Assembly: GCA_965261735.1 (NCBI GenBank) | Contig: OZ253470.1 | Coordinates: 1,188,129-1,252,128 of the forward strand | Length of the DNA stretch: 64,000 nucleotides | From: Alphaproteobacteria bacterium | Lineage (GTDB): Bacteria; Pseudomonadota; Alphaproteobacteria; SHVV01 | Direction of reading: 5' to 3' | Shown here: piece after piece, positions 30,593 to 40,125 of the stretch | Numbering within the stretch: the first letter of the stretch is position 1 | Layout of the letters: each line of letters opens with the position of its first letter | Notes under the pieces: generated by a model | Told to the model about the DNA's origin: nothing | The model's database searches: none | Seen by the model: the letters and a program-made list of their open reading frames with translations, nothing else | Position numbers and translations under genes: made by a program

Positions 30593-33409
30593 ATGCTCGA
30601 CATAGCGATCCCAATCCTCATCTTCGCGATCATTGTCATCGCCATCCTGTATGTCGTCTCAATCTGGATTTACAAGCGTTCGCCCACCAACATGGCATTC
30701 ATCCGCACCGGTTTCCTGGGCACCAAGGTATGCCTGGGCCGGGGCGCTCTGGTGTTTCCGGTTTTCCACGAGGTCACTTGGGTTTCCCTGGAGACGATCA
30801 AACTCATCGTAAGCCGCGCCCGTGAGCAGGGCGTTCTCACAGCCGACAAGATCCGCATCGACGTCGGCGCCGAGCTCTACGCCCATGTCGGCCACACGCC
30901 CGAGGCCATTCTCACGGCGAGCCGGAGTTTGGGCGAGAAGACATTCGACGCCGAGAAGGTACGCAACCTGCTCGAGGCCAAGGTCGTCAGCGCGCTCAGG
31001 AGCTACGCGGCGACCAAGACCCTTAGCGAGCTGCACGAAAACCGGGACGCCTTTGCCCGCGAAATCAAAGCTAGTGTGACGGAGAGCTTTGAGGCCAATG
31101 GCCTCACGCTTGAGGAAGTGACGATCGTCACCATGGAGCAAACGCCAAAGGAGTACTTCAAGACCGACAACGTGTTCGACGCCGAGGGGCTCAAGATCAT
31201 CACGGAAATCACTTCCGATGCCCGTAGAGAGGTCCACGACACCGAGAAGCGCACGACCGTGTCCATCCGCCAGAAGGACCTGGACACGCAACTCGAGCTC
31301 CTCGAAATCGAACGGCAGGAGGCCGTCGCCCGGGCGGGCCAGGACAAGGCAGTATCCAACGAGCAGGCGCTTCAGCTCGGCCAAAAGCAGATCTACGTTC
31401 TCGACCAGCGCAAAGCCGTCGAGGAAAAGGAGATCGAGAACGAGAAAGCGCTGGAGCGCATGCGGACCGATCGCGATCTGATCATCACCGAAGAGGCGAA
31501 GAAGCGCGAGGCTTCCGAGATCCAAAAAGAGTTGGCACTAGAGCAGGAGCGCAAGGACCGGGAGATTGCGATTATCGCCAAGGCGAGGGAAGAAGAGCTG
31601 GCCAACATCGCACGCAATCTAGCTCTCGAGCAGGCTGAGAAAGATCGCCAAATCGCCTTGATCGCCAAGGCGAAGCAGGAGGAATTGGCCGATATCGAGC
31701 GAGCGCTGGCACGCGATCGGGCCGCGAAAAACAGCGAAATCGAGCTCATCGCCACGGATCAGGAACGCCAGCAGACTGAGATTCAGCGTGCCACGGCGGT
31801 TATGGCCGAGGAGGAGGCGGCACGCGATCGGCGCCATCAGGCTGGTGAGGAGGCCGCCATATCCATGCGCAGGCGTAGCCTCCAGACCCGCCTCAGCACG
31901 CTTGACCTGGACAAGGACGAGGCGTTCGCCGAAGCCCGCCAGGAGCAAGAGGTGTCCAACGAAAAGGCGCGCGTACTCAGCGAACAACAGCGCTTCATCC
32001 TCGAGCAGCGTTGGCAAGTCGAAGAAGAAGAGATCAACAAGGCGCGGGCGGTCGAGGCCGCCGAAATCCACAAGGAAGCCGGAATTATCGAAACCATGAA
32101 AACACGCGAGGCCGCCGAGGTGCGCCGTGCCCTGGCCCGCGAGCAGGAGGAAAGGGACCGTGAGATCGCGCTGGTCGCCAAGTCGCAGGAGCTCGAACAG
32201 GCGGAAATCCGCCGCAAGTTGGCGGGCGAACAGGAAGATCGCGACCGCCAGCTCGCCCTTGTCGCCAAGGAGGAAGAGCTGCGACGTGCCGAGGTGAGGC
32301 AGGCCCTGGCGGTCGAGCTCGAGGAACGAGCCCGCGAGATCACGCTCATTGGCAAGGAACAGGAGCGCGAAATAGCGGATATCGGTCGCTTTCTGGCGCG
32401 CGAAAAGGAGGAACGCGACCGCGAGATCGCGTTGGCCGAAAAAACTCGGCAGCTGGAGGAAGCGGAGATCAAGCGCCTGGAGGCCTCCGCAAAGAGGGAG
32501 CGGGCCCAGCACAACGTGGAATCGGTGAGCCTCCTCGCCGACGCCGAGCGCACCAAGAACATCGAACGCGTCGAAGCCGAAAGGTTGGCTGAAAGCCGTC
32601 GGATCGACGAGGAAAATAAGGCCCAGATCAACCGCATGCACATGCTGGCTCAAGCCGAGACGCGGAAGCTGTCGGCTGAGCAGGAATCCGATGCGACGCT
32701 CATCAGAGCTCGCGCTACGAGCGAGGCCCAGAAGATTACCGCCGAGGGGATCGAGAAGGAGGCGGGGGCCACAGGCCGGGCCGAAATGGAGATCGAAGCG
32801 CTGCGTGCCGCCAACGCCCGGCGCATGCTCGAGGCCGAGGCTTCAGGCCTTGAAGCCAAGGCGGTCGCGCTGAAGAAGTACAACGAGTCCGGGGCCTTCC
32901 TGGAATTGGCAAAGATGCGTATCGAGGCCGAGCGCGACATCCACATCGATCAGGCCAAGGCCATGGGGAGCGCCCTGCAGGGTGCGCAAATCCGCATGTA
33001 TGGCGGCGAGAATGGCACCGTCGATACCATTCGCAGCATGTTTACCTCTGGGTTCGCGCTCGGCGAGGTTCTGGAGGGGGTGGCGCAGTCCTTACCCGAG
33101 GGCTTGCGCGGGCGATTCAAGGACAACGGCCTCAGGGGTCTTTTCGGCAAGCCGTACGGGACCAGCGATTTCAAGCATTCCATCGAGGACTTGAGCAAGC
33201 TGGTCCAGAAGAGCTTGCGTACGCGCAAAGACAAGGAGATCCCCTTCGCGGAAGCCGTGACCATTTTGCAGGAAAAGGCCGGCGGGGATGACGGCCAGGC
33301 GAAAGCGGTCGGCCTTCTCAAGGAGATGAACGAACAGGGGCAATTCGACGACCTTTCCTTTGACAAGGTGTGGGCGCTTATAAGAGCCGCGGCAAAGTCG
33401 GCGGACTGA
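30593..33409 (+). CDS. Flotillin-like SPFH/band-7 protein (YqiK/FloT type), unusually long at 938 aa with an expanded Glu/Ala/Arg-rich repeat region.
   Basis: N-terminal TM (ILIFAIIVIAILYVVSIW), an SPFH domain (FIRTGFLGTKVCLGRGALVFPVFHEVTWVSLETIKL...), about 500 aa of roughly 28-residue coiled-coil repeats (REQEERDREIALVAKSQELEQAEIRRKLAGEQEDRDRQLALVAKEEELRRAEV...), and a flotillin C-terminal tail. Confidence 0.85.
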   Translation: MLDIAIPILIFAIIVIAILYVVSIWIYKRSPTNMAFIRTGFLGTKVCLGRGALVFPVFHEVTWVSLETIKLIVSRAREQGVLTADKIRIDVGAELYAHVGHTPEAILTASRSLGEKTFDAEKVRNLLEAKVVSALRSYAATKTLSELHENRDAFAREIKASVTESFEANGLTLEEVTIVTMEQTPKEYFKTDNVFDAEGLKIITEITSDARREVHDTEKRTTVSIRQKDLDTQLELLEIERQEAVARAGQDKAVSNEQALQLGQKQIYVLDQRKAVEEKEIENEKALERMRTDRDLIITEEAKKREASEIQKELALEQERKDREIAIIAKAREEELANIARNLALEQAEKDRQIALIAKAKQEELADIERALARDRAAKNSEIELIATDQERQQTEIQRATAVMAEEEAARDRRHQAGEEAAISMRRRSLQTRLSTLDLDKDEAFAEARQEQEVSNEKARVLSEQQRFILEQRWQVEEEEINKARAVEAAEIHKEAGIIETMKTREAAEVRRALAREQEERDREIALVAKSQELEQAEIRRKLAGEQEDRDRQLALVAKEEELRRAEVRQALAVELEERAREITLIGKEQEREIADIGRFLAREKEERDREIALAEKTRQLEEAEIKRLEASAKRERAQHNVESVSLLADAERTKNIERVEAERLAESRRIDEENKAQINRMHMLAQAETRKLSAEQESDATLIRARATSEAQKITAEGIEKEAGATGRAEMEIEALRAANARRMLEAEASGLEAKAVALKKYNESGAFLELAKMRIEAERDIHIDQAKAMGSALQGAQIRMYGGENGTVDTIRSMFTSGFALGEVLEGVAQSLPEGLRGRFKDNGLRGLFGKPYGTSDFKHSIEDLSKLVQKSLRTRKDKEIPFAEAVTILQEKAGGDDGQAKAVGLLKEMNEQGQFDDLSFDKVWALIRAAAKSAD

Positions 33410-33429
33410 GCCGGCGCTCGGGACAGGGC

Positions 33430-34512
33430 ATGACGCAGCACGACGTCGTTCTGAAAGGCGTGGACAAGACCTTCGTGGGCGACGTTCGTGCCGTGATCGA
33501 CTTCAATGCCGAGATCGAGCACGGCGAGTTCGTAGCCATGCTCGGGCCGAGCGGCTGCGGCAAGACCACCATGCTGCGCCTGATCGGCGGGCTCGAAGAG
33601 GTGACCGCGGGACGCATCTACATCTCCGAGCAAGACGTGACGGACCTGCCGCCGTCGCAGCGCGACACCGCGATGATGTTTCAGAGCTTCGCGCTCTTCC
33701 CGCACCGCACGGTGCTGCAGAATGTTGAGTTCAGTCTCAAGACCAAGGGGCTGCCGAAAGACGAGCGCGCGCGCCACGTGTGGGAGATGCTCGAATTGGT
33801 GAGCCTCGCCGAGCTCGCCAACCGCTATCCCCGTGATCTGAGCGGAGGGCAACAGCAGCGCGTCGCCCTGGGCAGGGCTTTGATCGCCAGACCGACCGTA
33901 CTTCTACTCGATGAGCCGCTCGGCTCTCTCGACTACAGCCTGCGCCAAGCCATGATGGTCGAGCTCAAGAAGATTCAGCGCGAGCTGGGAATCACCTTCA
34001 TCATGGTCACCCACTCCCAGCAGGAAGCGTTGTCCATGGCGGACAAGGTGATCGTAATGAGCGATGCCGTGATTCAGCAGATCGGCACGTCGCGGGAAAT
34101 CTACGAGCACCCGCGAACCAAGTTCGTGGCCGAATTCGTCGGCAACAACAACTTGTTCCAGGGGACCGTCCGATCGCGCAGCGGTTCCATCGTGTTCGTG
34201 GAAACCAATGGCCACTTGTTCTACGTGAGAATCCCCGAGCACATGCGCCAGGTGCCGATCGGCAAGGAAGCGTACTTCTCGGTGCGAGCCGACCGCATGC
34301 ACACGGGCGAACAACCGGCCATGGCCAATCGGATCGAAGGCGAGTACGTCACCACCGAATTCATGGGCTCGCTGGAGACCGACGTTTTCGAGATCGCGCC
34401 CAGGATTTTCGTCCACGTCGAGCAGCACCGTAGCGCGTCGGATCGCGACTACAACATGGGGGACCGCGAAACCATCTGCTGGGCGGCCGATGCGGGGGTG
34501 CTGCTCGACTAG
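33430..34512 (+). CDS. ABC transporter ATP-binding protein, PotA/spermidine-putrescine-type importer ATPase with a C-terminal TOBE domain.
   Basis: Walker A GPSGCGKTT, Q-loop, signature LSGGQQQRVALGRAL, Walker B LLLDEPL and H-loop MVTHSQ. The ORF-track start at 33370 overlaps the flotillin gene, so the ATG at 33430 is preferred. Confidence 0.85.
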   Translation: MTQHDVVLKGVDKTFVGDVRAVIDFNAEIEHGEFVAMLGPSGCGKTTMLRLIGGLEEVTAGRIYISEQDVTDLPPSQRDTAMMFQSFALFPHRTVLQNVEFSLKTKGLPKDERARHVWEMLELVSLAELANRYPRDLSGGQQQRVALGRALIARPTVLLLDEPLGSLDYSLRQAMMVELKKIQRELGITFIMVTHSQQEALSMADKVIVMSDAVIQQIGTSREIYEHPRTKFVAEFVGNNNLFQGTVRSRSGSIVFVETNGHLFYVRIPEHMRQVPIGKEAYFSVRADRMHTGEQPAMANRIEGEYVTTEFMGSLETDVFEIAPRIFVHVEQHRSASDRDYNMGDRETICWAADAGVLLD

Positions 34513-34524
34513 GAACCTCGATCG

Positions 34525-35352
34525 CTATCGCGAGCGGCGATAGAGGATGGTGTAGATCGCGACGAACAGAGCGATCATGGACAACGAAAAAAGCGTCGAG
34601 GCGGTGCCGAGCGCAAACAGCGTCGGCCGGATGCGCTGGGCCGTGGCGGCGTTGATGTCGAGCGGCAGTGTGTTGTACTGGCCCGAGAGCAGAGTCGTGC
34701 GCGCGAACTCGTCGTAGGAAAGCGTAAAGCCAAAGAGAGCAGCCGCCACGATGCCAGGCATAATCAGCGGCAGCGTCACCTCCCTGAACACGGTCCATTC
34801 GCTGGCGCCCATGTCGCGGGCCGCCTCCTCGACACTCTCATCGAAGCGGTTGAAAACCGCCATCATGACCAGGAACCCGAACGGCAGCGTCCACACCACG
34901 TGGACGCCCAAACCCGAGGACCACCACGCCGGTGCAATCGCCACCTGCTTCAGCAGGGTCGCGAGCCCGAGACTGAGCAGGATCCCCGGCACCATGAGGC
35001 CCGCCAAGATCGTGTAGAACAAGAGGCCCGAGCCTGGGAACGGTTTGCGAAATGCCATCGCCAACATGGTGGAGAACAGGGCGGTGACGACCATCACGAT
35101 CAGCGCCAGAATCAACGAGCGCAGCAACGCCCCCTGCATGTCGCCGACCACCGAGGGCTCAATCAGCTTGTTCCACCAGTACAGGCTGACGCCGCGCATG
35201 GGAAAGCTCACGCCCCCTCGGCGCCCCTGGAACGAAAGGATGAACATGGCGATCATCGGCCCATAGATGAAGAGGAGGAACAGGATGTAGTAGGCGCTGA
35301 AACCGGTCTTGATCCAGGCCTTCTTTCTCCTTTCCGGGGTCGAGCGAGCCAC
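34525..35352 (-). CDS. ABC transporter permease (PotC/PotI-like).
   Basis: 275 aa, 6 TM, binding-protein-dependent transport EAA-loop context. Confidence 0.8.
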   Translation of the reverse strand: MARSTPERRKKAWIKTGFSAYYILFLLFIYGPMIAMFILSFQGRRGGVSFPMRGVSLYWWNKLIEPSVVGDMQGALLRSLILALIVMVVTALFSTMLAMAFRKPFPGSGLLFYTILAGLMVPGILLSLGLATLLKQVAIAPAWWSSGLGVHVVWTLPFGFLVMMAVFNRFDESVEEAARDMGASEWTVFREVTLPLIMPGIVAAALFGFTLSYDEFARTTLLSGQYNTLPLDINAATAQRIRPTLFALGTASTLFSLSMIALFVAIYTILYRRSR

Positions 35353-35353
35353 C

Positions 35354-36343
35354 TCAAAGCTCCTTGCGAATGTCGACCAGCCTCAGGATGATGACCACGC
35401 CGATCATCATGGCGAGCATCAGCATGAGGGCGTTTACCGCGGCGAAGGGATAGTTCGCTATACCGTAATAGTTCAGGATCACCGTCCCCGCTGTGCTGGT
35501 TTTTCCGCCGTACACCACAACCGCGGTCGCGAACTCCCCCATGATCAGCACGAAGATGAAGATCATTCCGATGGCCACCCCCGGGAGTGAGAGCGGGCCG
35601 ATGATCTCGCGGAAAATCTGGAACGGTTTGGCGCCCATATCGCGCGCCGCCTCGAGGATCGTCTTTTCGATTTTCGCCAGCGAGAAAAAGATGGGTCCGA
35701 CGCACAGCACAACGTAGAGCTGCACCAACGCCATCGTGTAACTGAACTGCGAATACAGCAGGAACTCGACGGGCTTGTCGATGATGCCCATGTCGAGCAA
35801 GGCCCTGTTGAGCAGGCCGCGCCGCCCCAGCATGGGCAGCCAGGCCACGGCGCGGATCAGGTAGCTGGTCCAGAACGGCACCATGCAAAACAGAAACAGC
35901 GTGATCTGCCACTTGAAGCTCTTCACCTGCATGGCGAGGAAATAGGCGATCGGGTATCCAAACAGCAGACAGAAGAGCATCACGACAATGGTGAATTTGA
36001 AAGTCGTCCAGAGAGTCCGGACAAAGATGCCTGGGGTCAGAAACCCAACGGAGGAGGGATCGAGGAATCCCTCGACGGTGAAGTAGTCCGCGTAGTGGCG
36101 GAGGGTCAGATCGGGCTCCATGCCGTGGCCCGTGGACTTCCAAAAGCTGAAAACAACGATGCTGGCCAAGGGCACAACCAGGAACAGCAGCAGCCAGACG
36201 ACGGCGGGCGTAATCAGCCAGCCCACGGGGAACCCAGCCTGTCGCCAGGTTTTCGCGGCCCGGGCCTCTGTTTCCGGCGCCGTCGGCTGGCTGCCGATCA
36301 GCCCTGAGTGGTGCGCATGCTCGGCTTGCTGCATACCAGTCAA
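35354..36343 (-). CDS. ABC transporter permease (PotB/PotH-like).
   Basis: 329 aa polytopic membrane protein, 1 bp from the downstream permease gene. Confidence 0.8.
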   Translation of the reverse strand: MTGMQQAEHAHHSGLIGSQPTAPETEARAAKTWRQAGFPVGWLITPAVVWLLLFLVVPLASIVVFSFWKSTGHGMEPDLTLRHYADYFTVEGFLDPSSVGFLTPGIFVRTLWTTFKFTIVVMLFCLLFGYPIAYFLAMQVKSFKWQITLFLFCMVPFWTSYLIRAVAWLPMLGRRGLLNRALLDMGIIDKPVEFLLYSQFSYTMALVQLYVVLCVGPIFFSLAKIEKTILEAARDMGAKPFQIFREIIGPLSLPGVAIGMIFIFVLIMGEFATAVVVYGGKTSTAGTVILNYYGIANYPFAAVNALMLMLAMMIGVVIILRLVDIRKEL

Positions 36344-36512
36344 GATTCAAAAGGCACGGAAGGACTAGGACCGGGCAAACCGGTGGGATTTGCCCGGTCC
36401 TTGGGGAGACGGCAGATCCCTGGGGACGCCACCGGTTCTCTAGGCGGGCGCGGCCGAAGCCGCCCGCACCCGCCACGACTACCGGGCCATCGGTCCGGCA
36501 ACAAACATCGGA

Positions 36513-37817
36513 TCAGGCCGCCAGAAACTCCGTCCAGCGCTTTACCAGATAATCGTTCTCGTCCATCAACGAGTTCCACACGGCGATATTGCTGAAGCGG
36601 TCCTGGTAGGAGCCGCCATCGCGGATTTCTCCCTTGGGCACAATGACGGTCCCGAACGGATCGGACAGTTCTTTGGCGGCGGGTTTCCCGTCGTACCAGT
36701 AATCCCACTCCTCGGGTTCCAAGTTCTTCCTCACTGGATCCAGCACCGACATGTAGTACGCCTGACGGGCCACAAAGGCGCCCGGCCAGCCGCTCAGCCA
36801 CCAGTTGATGTATTCGTATGCCGCGTCGAGCTTCGCACCCGTGGCCTTGGCGGAAATGGCCAAGCCGCCATGCCAGCCGCGCATGCCTTCTTTCGGCGAG
36901 GCGTAGATGCATTTTACGCCCTCCGCCTTGATGGCCGTCACCGCCGGAGACCACATGCTTTCAAGAGCCACCTCGCCGCTCACCATCAGGTTGACCGATT
37001 GGCCGAAGCTCTCCCAGAATGCCCGGAAGTGACCCTCCTTTTTCTTCTTGATCAGGAAATCGGCCATGAAATCGATCTCCTCCTTGGTCATGTTGCCCTT
37101 GTCGCCAAATGTGCGCAGGCCCAGCGCCTCGATCCCCATGGCCGCGTCCATGACACCGATCTGGGGTACGTTCAAGAGCGCTACGCGACCCTTGAAATCC
37201 GGGCTGAACAACTCGGCCCAGGATTCGATTTTCCGCCCGGTCTCATCGGGGTTGTAGCCAATCGAATCCGCGTTGTGCCAGGCCGGGACCATGGATACGT
37301 AACGCGACGGTCCCTGCACCCGATTACCGTCCTCGTCGAGCCAAAGGTGGCGGAACGGGGCGTCGCCCTGCCCGAGGTTCGAGCTGGGGGTCAGCTTACC
37401 GGTCTTTGACAGGTTGGTGACGTTGTCCCACTCCTTGATCCGCCGTGTGTCAATGGGCTGCCACACCTTGGCTGGAATCATAAAGTCCATATCGTTGTAG
37501 TAGCCCTCGGCCACATCATACTGGTCGTTCTGGTTCAGCAATTTGGCCACAAAGGGGCCGTAAACCAGCGCCTGGCCGCGAACGGCGAAGCCAAGATCCT
37601 TCGAGGCTTGGCTCTGGATCTCATTGATGATGCTGACGGCGAGGCCAACGGTGCGTACCGTTTCAGCCCCTTGGGCGATATGCGGGAAACCGCTGACGAG
37701 CGCCCCTGCCGCAACCGCGGTGGCAGTGGTGCCGATAAACTCGCGACGACTTACGCCCTTTTTGGGGGCGCGCTTCTTTCGATGAGTCTGGCCTGATTTC
37801 GCTTTATGCTCGGCCAT
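36513..37817 (-). CDS. ABC transporter periplasmic substrate-binding protein (PotD/PotF family) with a Tat signal.
   Basis: Start complement(37815..37817) with RBS GGGAGGAG. Twin-arginine signal SRREFIGTTATAVAAGALVSGFPHIAQG|AE. Confidence 0.8.
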   Translation of the reverse strand: MAEHKAKSGQTHRKKRAPKKGVSRREFIGTTATAVAAGALVSGFPHIAQGAETVRTVGLAVSIINEIQSQASKDLGFAVRGQALVYGPFVAKLLNQNDQYDVAEGYYNDMDFMIPAKVWQPIDTRRIKEWDNVTNLSKTGKLTPSSNLGQGDAPFRHLWLDEDGNRVQGPSRYVSMVPAWHNADSIGYNPDETGRKIESWAELFSPDFKGRVALLNVPQIGVMDAAMGIEALGLRTFGDKGNMTKEEIDFMADFLIKKKKEGHFRAFWESFGQSVNLMVSGEVALESMWSPAVTAIKAEGVKCIYASPKEGMRGWHGGLAISAKATGAKLDAAYEYINWWLSGWPGAFVARQAYYMSVLDPVRKNLEPEEWDYWYDGKPAAKELSDPFGTVIVPKGEIRDGGSYQDRFSNIAVWNSLMDENDYLVKRWTEFLAA

Positions 37818-38032
37818 CGATTCTCTCCTCCCGTTGACAACGTGGGTTCCTGTAGAGACGCCCGTTGAAGCTTGAATAAATCCTAGGGAAGCCGCCTCCA
37901 AGAGTCCATCCAAACATCATCGCCGGCGCCAGCAGCGCAGCCGTCAAAGCCTTTGCCTCGCCGCGATAGCCGCGCGCATACTGGCCGCCGGTCGAGCGCT
38001 AGATCGAGGCCGAGACTGCCCGGGAGGATGTC

Positions 38033-39499
38033 GTGACCGTATTGATCAAGAACGGCCGTATTGTGACCGCCGTCGATGACTACCACGCCGATATTTTTGT
38101 CAACGGCTCCACGGTTACCGTGATCGGGAAGAACCTGAACATCGAAGCGGATCGGGTGATCGACGCCTCGGGGAAGCTCGTCATTCCCGGCGGGGTCGAC
38201 CCGCACACCCATCTCGACCTACCGTTCGGCGGAACCACGACCTCCGACGACTTCGAGACCGGGACGCGCGCCGCGGCCTTTGGCGGAACCACGTGCCTCG
38301 TGGATTTCGCCGTGCAGTTGAAGGGTACCTCGACGCTGGAGGCGCTCGAGAAATGGCACGAGAAGGCCGCCGGCAAGACCGCCATCGATTATGGCTTTCA
38401 CATGATCATCACCGACATGCCGACCCATCGTACGCCAGAAATGAGGCGTCTCGCGGACGAGGGAATCACTAGCTACAAGCTGTTCATGGCCTATCCCGGT
38501 GCCATGCTGTCCGACGACGGCACCATCTTCCGCACGATGCGCAAGGCCGGTGAGGACGGAACCCTCGTGTGCATGCACGCCGAGAATGGAATCGTCATCG
38601 ACGAGCTCGTCAAGATCGCTCTCGCCGAAGGCCACATCGAACCCAAATATCACGCCTTGACCCGGCCGACCCGTCTCGAGGCCGAGGGAACGCACCGGGC
38701 GCTCGCCATCGCCGAGGTCGCGCGCTCGCCCGTCTACATCGTGCACATGAGTTGCCACGATTCGCTCCATGAGCTTCGCCAAGCCCAGGCCCGCGGGGTC
38801 ATGGCCCACGGCGAGACCTGCCCGCAATACCTCCTGCTCGACGTCGGCGCCTATGACGAGCCGGGATTCGACGGTGCCAAGTACGTGCTGACCCCGCCGC
38901 TGCGAGAAAAGTGGAACCAGGACGAACTATGGCGGGGTCTGCGCGGCAACGCCCTCAACGTCATTTCGACCGACCATTGTCCGTTCTGCCTACGCGAGCA
39001 GAAGGAGCTCGGGCGCGACGATTTCAGCAAGATCCCGAATGGCGGCCCGGGCATCGAAAACCGGATGAGCCTCATCTATCACCATGGCGTCGGAGCCGGC
39101 CGCATCGGCCTCAATCGCTTCGTCGAGCTCACCTCGACCGCCCCGGCCAAGATCTTCGGCCTCTTCCCGAAGAAGGGAACACTGGCCGTCGGCAGCGACG
39201 CCGATATCGTGATCTTCGATCCCGACCGCGAGGAGACGATCAGCTATTACAATGCGGCCACCCACCACATGAACATCGATTACAGCGCCTACGAGGGCTT
39301 TAAGGTCAAGGGCTACACGGAGACCGTGCTGAGCCGCGGCAAGGTCATCATCGACAAAGGCGAGTATTTGGGTCGACCGGGAGACGGCATGTTCGTCAAG
39401 CGAGGGCCCTACGGCGGCATGTACGCCGCCGCACCGGGTATGGGTGCGCCGCCGGCCGACTCGCGGTGGGACACCAGCGGGCCATCGCGCGCCGCCTGA
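38033..39499 (+). CDS. hydA: D-hydantoinase / dihydropyrimidinase (cyclic amidohydrolase, metal-dependent).
   Basis: GTG start with RBS GGGAGGA. GGVDPHTHLD metal-binding His pair, carboxylated-Lys context YKLFMAY, HAEN and TDHCPF motifs. 488 aa. Confidence 0.9.
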   Translation: MTVLIKNGRIVTAVDDYHADIFVNGSTVTVIGKNLNIEADRVIDASGKLVIPGGVDPHTHLDLPFGGTTTSDDFETGTRAAAFGGTTCLVDFAVQLKGTSTLEALEKWHEKAAGKTAIDYGFHMIITDMPTHRTPEMRRLADEGITSYKLFMAYPGAMLSDDGTIFRTMRKAGEDGTLVCMHAENGIVIDELVKIALAEGHIEPKYHALTRPTRLEAEGTHRALAIAEVARSPVYIVHMSCHDSLHELRQAQARGVMAHGETCPQYLLLDVGAYDEPGFDGAKYVLTPPLREKWNQDELWRGLRGNALNVISTDHCPFCLREQKELGRDDFSKIPNGGPGIENRMSLIYHHGVGAGRIGLNRFVELTSTAPAKIFGLFPKKGTLAVGSDADIVIFDPDREETISYYNAATHHMNIDYSAYEGFKVKGYTETVLSRGKVIIDKGEYLGRPGDGMFVKRGPYGGMYAAAPGMGAPPADSRWDTSGPSRAA

Positions 39500-39508
39500 G
39501 CGGCGGGC

Positions 39509-39976
39509 TCAGGGTTGCTGCGTGGCGGGACGGATGATCTTAAGCAGCCAAAAAATGATGCAAAACACGCCGGTCAGGATCACCAGCGCGGCGACGGCGC
39601 CAAGGCGCTCGCCGAACCCCGCATCGAGGGCGTACTCCTGCCGCAGAAGATGGACGCAGAGGATTTGAACCGCCTGCAGTGTCGCGCCGCCACTCAGTAG
39701 GATCGCGACGAAGGTGGAGCCCCGTAGCGAACTCAGCACCATGGATTCGATGCTGCGCTGCTGCACGATGTGGACGCGGTAGGCGTGCCAGTGATAGGTA
39801 CAAAACCCGATGATGCCGATGATCAACGCGACCCAGAAGATCGCATTCTCGAACCTTATTCCATAGACGACCAGCTTGAACAAGTCCTCAAAGGGCTCGT
39901 AAAAATAGAGAAACATCAAGACAACAATGAAAAGCAGGAAGCCCACGAGCGTCCAAAACCATTGCCACCCAGTCAT
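39509..39976 (-). CDS. 4-TM membrane protein of unknown function, paralog B.
   Basis: MTGWQWFWTLVGFLLFIVVLMFLYFYEPFEDLF...LLSGGATLQAVQILCVHLL...LDAGFGERL. Convergent with hydA at a 10-nt gap. Confidence 0.55.
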   Translation of the reverse strand: MTGWQWFWTLVGFLLFIVVLMFLYFYEPFEDLFKLVVYGIRFENAIFWVALIIGIIGFCTYHWHAYRVHIVQQRSIESMVLSSLRGSTFVAILLSGGATLQAVQILCVHLLRQEYALDAGFGERLGAVAALVILTGVFCIIFWLLKIIRPATQQP

Positions 39977-40125
39977 TGGCCCACCAGCTCGTGGTTCTTC
40001 AGGGTAGGGTACGGGTCAAAGGGCAATAAAAGCTCCCACAGCCTTATATCCGATTGCTCTCGCCGAGGGCAAGCCCCGCCTCGACGACTCTCAGGCTCTA
40101 TTCGCGCGCGCCCGGCGGGGTCCAC

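Noticed and set aside
31300-32700. The repetitive region in the flotillin gene as a possible CRISPR or minisatellite array.
   Set aside because: The repeats are in-frame roughly 84-bp coding units with diverged sequence, with no short identical direct repeats or spacers. I saw no CRISPR-like architecture anywhere in the window.
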